Positions 57,928 to 64,000 of a DNA stretch of 64,000 nucleotides are shown one piece after another. The stretch is from Bacteroidales bacterium (GTDB lineage Bacteria > Bacteroidota > Bacteroidia > Bacteroidales > Muribaculaceae): positions 55,808 through 119,807 of the forward strand of contig SFFL01000004.1 in assembly GCA_004557825.1 (NCBI GenBank). Direction: 5' to 3'. The notes beneath the pieces are model-generated. The model was not told the DNA's origin. It was given only the letters and a program-made list of their open reading frames with translations, and ran no database searches. The first letter of the stretch is position 1; every line of letters begins with the position of its first letter. The position numbers were made by a program, and so were the translations under genes.

Positions 57928-59316
57928 TCATCGGCCACCGCCAAGGCTCTGGTAGAGGCTGATGATGGTCTGGTCGCGCTGCAGCTCGGTGTTGAGAGCC
58001 GACATCTGTGCCGACAGGAGCGAGGACTGAGCGGTGAGCACTTCAAGATATGTGGTGCGGCCGTCGTAGGCGAGCAGGAGGTTGGTCATATCGGCTGCCT
58101 GGGCGAGCTTCTCGGTCTGCATTTTCAGGAGATCCTGCTTGCGGTTGAGGTTGGAGTAGGCTGTGAGGTAGTCGTTGACTTCGGTGGCGGCGCTCAGGAG
58201 GGTGTATTTGAAGTTGTTGAGCGCCTGCTCCTGCTGCGCTTTTGCGCCTTTGAGGTTGGCGATGTTGGCGCCGCGTGAGAAGAGGGGAGCTGAGAGCTGA
58301 CCGGCCAGCTGGATGAACCATTTACCGGGGTTGGAAATCATACTGCCCAGGAGGTTGGTGAAACCGCCGTTGGAGGAGATAGTGAGGGAGGGGTAGAAGT
58401 TGGCGCGGGCGGAGTTGGTGGCGTAGTAAGCTGCGGCGAGGCGCTGCTCGGCCACGCGGACGTCGGGGCGCATAGCGAGTTCACGCATAGGGATACCGTC
58501 GCGGAGAATCTGCGGGTTGCCCAGACGGGCGTCGGGCGAGATGGTCCAGGTCTGGGGCTGCACATTGAGCAGGAGCGACATGGAGTTGTTGGCTTTGTCG
58601 AGGCCTGTTTCGAGGTCGGTGATCTGGGCGAGAATCTGGTAGTACTGGGCTTCGCTCTGCACCACTGCAGCTTCGGTGACGCGGCCTGCTTCCTTGAAGT
58701 CGCGCATAGTTTGCACGCTCTGCTTCCAGATTTCGGCGGTCTGGCGGGAGAGATTGAGCTGCGATTCGAGTACGGCGATGGAGTAGTAGCAGGAAGCTAC
58801 GGCGCCGATAATCTGCGAGCGCACGGCCTGCTGATAGTCGAGCTGCATATCAAGGGCGGCCTGAGCGGCGCGCTTGCGGTTGAGGGTCTTGGCGAAGACG
58901 TCGATTTCCCAGGAGATGGCCAGAGGAATCTGGTAGGTCCAGGTCATTTCCGAGCCGGGAACTTTGTATTTTGCGCCGGCACCGTTGGGGTTGAGTGCAA
59001 CGGCGGGGAGGTAGCTGAGTTTGGCGCCGAGGAGATTGGCCTTAGCCACTTCCACGTTGAGGCGTGCGTTGTCGAGGTCGACATTCTGAGTCAGGGCACG
59101 GTTGATGAGGTCGACGAGCACCGGGTCGGTGAACACCTGCTGCCATTTGAGGTTGCCGAAGGCCGTGGAGTCGGGGGCCGATTTGAGTGCTTCGGCATAC
59201 TCTTTGGTCTGCGGGTCGTCCTGCGGCATCTCGAATTTATTGTAGATGTGGCAGGCGCTGAGCGAGGAGATGAGCACCAGAGCAGCGGCGGCGACAATTA
59301 TATTTTTGAGTTTCAT
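57928..59316 (-). CDS. RND efflux outer-membrane factor lipoprotein (TolC/NodT family)
   Basis: Lipobox LSAC, RPDV, YLEVL.AQ and LYQSLGGG. Confidence 0.93.
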   Translation of the reverse strand: MKLKNIIVAAAALVLISSLSACHIYNKFEMPQDDPQTKEYAEALKSAPDSTAFGNLKWQQVFTDPVLVDLINRALTQNVDLDNARLNVEVAKANLLGAKLSYLPAVALNPNGAGAKYKVPGSEMTWTYQIPLAISWEIDVFAKTLNRKRAAQAALDMQLDYQQAVRSQIIGAVASCYYSIAVLESQLNLSRQTAEIWKQSVQTMRDFKEAGRVTEAAVVQSEAQYYQILAQITDLETGLDKANNSMSLLLNVQPQTWTISPDARLGNPQILRDGIPMRELAMRPDVRVAEQRLAAAYYATNSARANFYPSLTISSNGGFTNLLGSMISNPGKWFIQLAGQLSAPLFSRGANIANLKGAKAQQEQALNNFKYTLLSAATEVNDYLTAYSNLNRKQDLLKMQTEKLAQAADMTNLLLAYDGRTTYLEVLTAQSSLLSAQMSALNTELQRDQTIISLYQSLGGGR

Positions 59317-59413
59317 ACTTTTACTGAAATGTATTGTAAGCGGGCCGGCCGGAATCGCAGGAGTGAAGGCGGCCGGCGCCGCGGTGAAATTAGGTCAGAG
59401 GTCAGAAGTCTGA

Positions 59414-62400
59414 TTAGTGGGCGTACTGCTCGATTTCGCTTTCTACGCCGCCGTTGTCGGTGTCTTTCCACTTGATGGGAGAAATCTTCTCCTGGATGAG
59501 CTGGAAGATCACGAACAGTGCGGGCACGAAGAAAATCTGGAGAATCATACCGATGAGCATACCGCCGATGGAGCCTACGCCGAGGGCGCGGTTGCCGTTG
59601 GCGCCTACACCGGATGCGAACATCATGGGGAGCAGACCGATAATCAGGGCCATAGAGGTCATCAGAATGGGTCGCAGACGGGCAGCGGCGCCGGAGATGG
59701 CGGCGTTGAGCACCGACATGCCGGTGCGACGGCGCTCGAGGGCGAACTCAACGATAAGAATGGCGTTCTTGGCCAACAGACCGATAAGCATAATCAGCGC
59801 AATCTGCAGGTAGATGTTGTTGGTGATTCCAAACATCTGAGCGAAGATGAAGGAGCCCATCAGACCGAAGGGTATCGAGAGGATAACGGCCCAGGGGAGG
59901 ATGTAGCTTTCATACTGTGCCGAGAGCAGGAGGTAGACGAAGAGGAGGCAGAGGCCGAAGATCACGGCTGTGGTGCTGCCGGTGCTGCTGCCGCCTTCCT
60001 CGCGGGTCATACCGGAGTATTCGTAGCCGTAGCCCTGGGGAAGAGTCTCGCGGGCCACGCGCTCCACGGCTGCCAGAGCCTGGCCGGAGGAGTAGCCTTG
60101 TGCGGGGTTACCGGTGACGGCAATCGACTGGAAGAGGTTGAATCGGGTGAGCAGGTCAGGACCGTAGATCTTCTGGAGGGTAACGAAGTTCTCCAGCGAA
60201 GCCATTTTGCCGGAAGCTGAGCGCACCTTGATATTCTTGAGCGACTCCATCGACACGCGCGACTGCGGGGGTGCCTGCATCATCACACGGTAGATCTTAC
60301 CGAAGCGGTTGAAGTTCGACACGTACATAGAGCCGAAGTAGCCCTGCATCGTGGAAAGAATCTGCGATGTGGAGAGGCCGGCCTGCTGTGCCTTTGCGGC
60401 GTCGATGTCAATCTTATACTGCGGGAAGGTGGGGTTGAAGGTGGTGTAGGCCTGGGCGATTTCGGGCTGTGCGTTGAGCTGAGCCAGGAATCCCTGCACT
60501 ACGGCGAAGAACTGGTTGATGTCGCCGCCGGTCTTGTCCTGCATCTTGAGCTCGAAACCGTTGGTCACGGAGTAGCCGGTAATCATAGGAGGCGCGAATG
60601 CAATAACACGGCCGTCCTTTACAAGCTGGCTCGACATACCATAGAACTGGCCGATGATGGCGTCGACGTTCTCGGTCTTCATATTACGCTTCGACCAGTC
60701 TTTGAGCTTGACGATGAATGTACCGTAGGTAGGACCGGCGCCGGCGATGAATGAGTAACCGTCAATCATCTGGCGGTATTCCACGGCGGGGATGGTGCTC
60801 AGAAGCTTGTCGACTTTCTCAAGCACTTCCTGAGTGCGCTCCTGCGATGTGCCCGGGGGCATATCCACCATCACGAAGAATGTACCGGTATCTTCGTTAG
60901 GCACCAGGGCGGATGGCGTTTTGTTCATAAGGAATACGAGCAGGGCGGTGGCAACCACCACTGTGCAGATGGATGTGATCTTATGACTGGTGAAGAAGCT
61001 TACCAGACGACGGTAGCCGCCGAGCATCTTCTCATACATTTTCTCGAATGCTTCCTTGAAGCTCTTTGTGAAGAGGCCCCACACGGTGAGCACGGCGAAG
61101 AGCACTGCGATGATGCCTTTGAGGATGCTGTGGAAGTCGAACCATCCGAGCACCATAAATGTGATGGTGGCGCAGAGCAGGGCGACAGTGCCCAGGGGGA
61201 GCCAGAGTGTCTCCCAGGAGGATTTCACACGCTGAGCCATAGCCTGGCCGGCAGCCTTGTAGGCATCGCCGATGCGCTCGCCCAGCGAGGGGGTGTTGCC
61301 TTCAGCATCTTTGTGGGGCTTCAGGAAGAGGGCGCAGAGGGCCGGGGAGAGGGTAAGGGCGTTGAGCGCGGAGAAGCCGATGGCGATGGCCATGGTGAGG
61401 CCGAACTGCTGGTAGAAGATACCTGCGGTGCCGGGCATGAATGACACGGGGATGAACACGAGCATCATGACCAGGGTGATGGAGATGATGGCGGTGCCGA
61501 TTTCGCTCATGGCGTCGATGGCAGCTTTGCGCGAGGATTTATATCCGGCATCGAGCTTGGCGTGGACTGCCTCGACCACCACAATGGCGTCGTCGACCAC
61601 AATGGCGATTGCGAGCACGAGGGCCGAGAGGGTGATGAGGTTGAGCGAGAAGCCGATGATCTTAAGCACGAAGAATGTACCCACAAGAGCCACCGGGATG
61701 GCGATGGCGGGGATGAGGGTGGAGCGGATATCGCCCAGGAATACGTAAACCACGAAGAACACGAGGATGAATGCCTCGATGAGGGTGTGGATTACCTTAT
61801 TGATAGAAGCGTAGAGGAAGTCGTTGTTGTTCATCGGCACGGCGAAGTGCAGGCCATCGGGGAGGTCCTTGGCAAGTTCGTCGACCTGAGCAAGACAGTC
61901 GTTGATAATCTGTGTGGCGTTGGAGCCGGCGGTCTGGAACACGATTGCCATAGTGCCGGGGTGGCCGTTGAGCGAGGAGGAGTAGTCGTAGGTGACTTTG
62001 CCCAGCTCGATGTCGGCCACATCCTTCAGGCGCAGCAGTGTGCCGTCGGCGTTGGCGCGGATCACGATGTTCTCGAATTCCTGGGGGGTCTCGTAGCGGC
62101 CGCGGTATCTCAGGGTGTACTGGAAGGACTGGTTGCCCTGGGCGCCGAACTGGCCGGGGGCTGCCTCGACGTTCTGGTCTTTAAGCGCGGCGGCCACGTC
62201 GGTGGGGTTGAGACCGTACTGGGCCATCACCTCGGGTTTGATCCAGATACGCATGGAGTAATCACCGCCGAACGACATGACATCGCCCACGCCCTGCACA
62301 CGCTGGAGCACGGGGATGATGTTGATCTTCATATAGTTGTCGAGGAATTCTCCGTCGTATGCTTCGGAGGTGGAGTAGAGGGCCACGCCCACAAGCATAG

Positions 62401-62806
62401 AGCTTTGGCGCTTCTGGGTGAGCACGCCCACCTGGGTAACTTCGGCGGGCAGAAGGTTCTGAGCCTTAGCCACACGGTTCTGCACATCCACGGCAGCCAT
62501 ATCGGGGTCGAAGCCCTGCTGGAAGTGCACGTTGATGGTGGCCATACCGTTGTTGGTGGCTGTGGATTCGATGTATGTCATACCTTCGGCGCCGTTGATC
62601 GATTCCTCGAGAGGAGCAATCACGGAGTTGAGCACAGCCTGTGCGTTGGCGCCGTTATAGGTGGTTGATACCGCAATGGTAGGGGGGGCGATGTCGGGGT
62701 ACTGCGTGATAGGCAGCGACGACAGGCCGATTAAACCGAGCAGCACGATGAAGATGGAGATCACCGTCGAAAGCACCGGCCGGTTAATAAAGGTGTCGAG
62801 CTTCAT
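59414..62806 (-). CDS. RND (HAE1) efflux permease
   Basis: FINRPV, QYPDIAPP, VDDAIVVVE, GLLAKNAILI and RLRPILMT. Confidence 0.96.
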   Translation of the reverse strand: MKLDTFINRPVLSTVISIFIVLLGLIGLSSLPITQYPDIAPPTIAVSTTYNGANAQAVLNSVIAPLEESINGAEGMTYIESTATNNGMATINVHFQQGFDPDMAAVDVQNRVAKAQNLLPAEVTQVGVLTQKRQSSMLVGVALYSTSEAYDGEFLDNYMKINIIPVLQRVQGVGDVMSFGGDYSMRIWIKPEVMAQYGLNPTDVAAALKDQNVEAAPGQFGAQGNQSFQYTLRYRGRYETPQEFENIVIRANADGTLLRLKDVADIELGKVTYDYSSSLNGHPGTMAIVFQTAGSNATQIINDCLAQVDELAKDLPDGLHFAVPMNNNDFLYASINKVIHTLIEAFILVFFVVYVFLGDIRSTLIPAIAIPVALVGTFFVLKIIGFSLNLITLSALVLAIAIVVDDAIVVVEAVHAKLDAGYKSSRKAAIDAMSEIGTAIISITLVMMLVFIPVSFMPGTAGIFYQQFGLTMAIAIGFSALNALTLSPALCALFLKPHKDAEGNTPSLGERIGDAYKAAGQAMAQRVKSSWETLWLPLGTVALLCATITFMVLGWFDFHSILKGIIAVLFAVLTVWGLFTKSFKEAFEKMYEKMLGGYRRLVSFFTSHKITSICTVVVATALLVFLMNKTPSALVPNEDTGTFFVMVDMPPGTSQERTQEVLEKVDKLLSTIPAVEYRQMIDGYSFIAGAGPTYGTFIVKLKDWSKRNMKTENVDAIIGQFYGMSSQLVKDGRVIAFAPPMITGYSVTNGFELKMQDKTGGDINQFFAVVQGFLAQLNAQPEIAQAYTTFNPTFPQYKIDIDAAKAQQAGLSTSQILSTMQGYFGSMYVSNFNRFGKIYRVMMQAPPQSRVSMESLKNIKVRSASGKMASLENFVTLQKIYGPDLLTRFNLFQSIAVTGNPAQGYSSGQALAAVERVARETLPQGYGYEYSGMTREEGGSSTGSTTAVIFGLCLLFVYLLLSAQYESYILPWAVILSIPFGLMGSFIFAQMFGITNNIYLQIALIMLIGLLAKNAILIVEFALERRRTGMSVLNAAISGAAARLRPILMTSMALIIGLLPMMFASGVGANGNRALGVGSIGGMLIGMILQIFFVPALFVIFQLIQEKISPIKWKDTDNGGVESEIEQYAH

Positions 62807-62862
62807 TTCTTTTTGTGAGTGAAATTAGCGATAATGTGGGGGAATAATGCCGGTGGCCGGGC

Positions 62863-64000
62863 TTATTTTGCGGCCTGCTGGGCCTGGGCTGCCTGAGCTG
62901 CCTGGGCGGCTGCGTCGACGGGCTTGATTACCATATCGGGGCGCACTTTCGAGCCTACGCCTTCAACCACAACGCGCTGGCCGGGGGTAAGACCGGAGGT
63001 GACGATGAAGTTCTGGCCGTCGTTGACGGGAGATACGGTGATGGGGGTGCTGACGGTCTTGTTGGAGTCGTTGAGCACATATACGAAGCGGCGGTCCTGC
63101 ACCTCAAATGTGGCGCGCTGGGGCACTGTGATTACGTTCTCGGCGCGGTTGGGAATCAGAATCTGGCCTGTGGAGCCTGAGCGGAGGATGCCGTCGGGGT
63201 TGTTGAAGCGAGCGCGCACCGAAGCGGAGCCGGTCTGCGGGTCGATAACGCCCGACACGGTGGCTACCTTGCCTTCGAGGGGGTAGACAGAGCCGTCGGC
63301 GAGGCGGAGCTGCACTGCGGGCATAGCTGCGATGGCAGCGCCGAGCGAGCGGTTGCCGCCGGTGAGGGCGAGCACATCTTTCTCGGTGAGCGAGAAGTAG
63401 GCGAATACCTCGGAGTTGTCGCTGATGGTGGTCAGGGCGGGCTGCATCGAGGGTGAGGCCAGGGTGCCTTCACGGTTGGGGATGGAGCCTACGTAGCCCG
63501 AAACGGGAGCGGTGACCTGGGTGTAGCTCAGGTTCTTGCGGGCCGAGGTGAGGGCAGCCTGCGCGGTGGCCAGCTGGCTTTTTGCTGTGGCGAGCTGGTT
63601 CTGGGCGAGCTGGTATTCGTAGTCGGAGATAATGTTCTTGTCGTAGAGGAGCTTCTTGTTGTCGGCGGTGAGTTTGGCCGAGTTTACAGCGGTCTGGGCC
63701 GAGTTTACCTGAGCCTGGGCCTGCTCAACGGCGGCCTGGAATGTAACCTGGTCGAGGGTGAAGAGCACCTGGCCCTTCTTTACGTACTGGCCTTCGTCGA
63801 CGAGCACGCGTGTAACGAAACCTGAAACGAGGGGGCGGACATCGACGTCGACTTTACCTTTGATAGTGGCGGCGTATGCCGATGAGAGGTCGGAAGAGCC
63901 GTTTGCCACGGTGATAACTCCAAGCTCGGGAGTCTGGTTCTGCATAGCAGCCATAGCAGCGGCGGCATCGCCCTTGCCGGAGCAGGCAGAAAGCGCGAGC
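62863..64000 (-). CDS. RND periplasmic adaptor (MFP); start lies beyond the window end
   Basis: Lipoyl motifs EGQYVKKG and APVSG. The frame is open to the window end with lipobox LSAC. Confidence 0.92.
   Translation of the reverse strand, partial: LALSACSGKGDAAAAMAAMQNQTPELGVITVANGSSDLSSAYAATIKGKVDVDVRPLVSGFVTRVLVDEGQYVKKGQVLFTLDQVTFQAAVEQAQAQVNSAQTAVNSAKLTADNKKLLYDKNIISDYEYQLAQNQLATAKSQLATAQAALTSARKNLSYTQVTAPVSGYVGSIPNREGTLASPSMQPALTTISDNSEVFAYFSLTEKDVLALTGGNRSLGAAIAAMPAVQLRLADGSVYPLEGKVATVSGVIDPQTGSASVRARFNNPDGILRSGSTGQILIPNRAENVITVPQRATFEVQDRRFVYVLNDSNKTVSTPITVSPVNDGQNFIVTSGLTPGQRVVVEGVGSKVRPDMVIKPVDAAAQAAQAAQAQQAAK

Noticed and set aside
57095..64000. lpxA paralog next to an RND pump as a novel system
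   Set aside because: I recall this arrangement from Bacteroides genomes, so it is unlikely to be new. I have not verified this here.

Overview
GC-rich Bacteroidales chromosome segment, probably Muribaculaceae-like, inferred from TAnnTTTG promoters, T9SS C-terminal domains and gene order. It carries about 41 mostly housekeeping or envelope genes, including leuS, nadA, nadB, xerD, pldA, secG, lepB, slyD, mfd, nifJ, proBA, queG, an lpxA paralog and an RND pump. I found no rRNA, tRNA, CRISPR array or transposase. The unusual feature is a dense modular repeat system. It has about 16 GTAG-headed REP-like hairpins, a perfect 20-bp palindrome in 5 copies, a 46-bp hairpin, CAGGAG(C/A)A modules and polar heptamer arrays. 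These modules build mosaic intergenic elements and have also inserted in frame into at least six apparently intact genes: xerD, an rsmF-like methyltransferase, a secG-adjacent protein, a DUF4294 protein, proA and queG. There they add novel peptides, as Rickettsia palindromic elements do. Product calls come from recognising motifs by eye, and insert boundaries are approximate.
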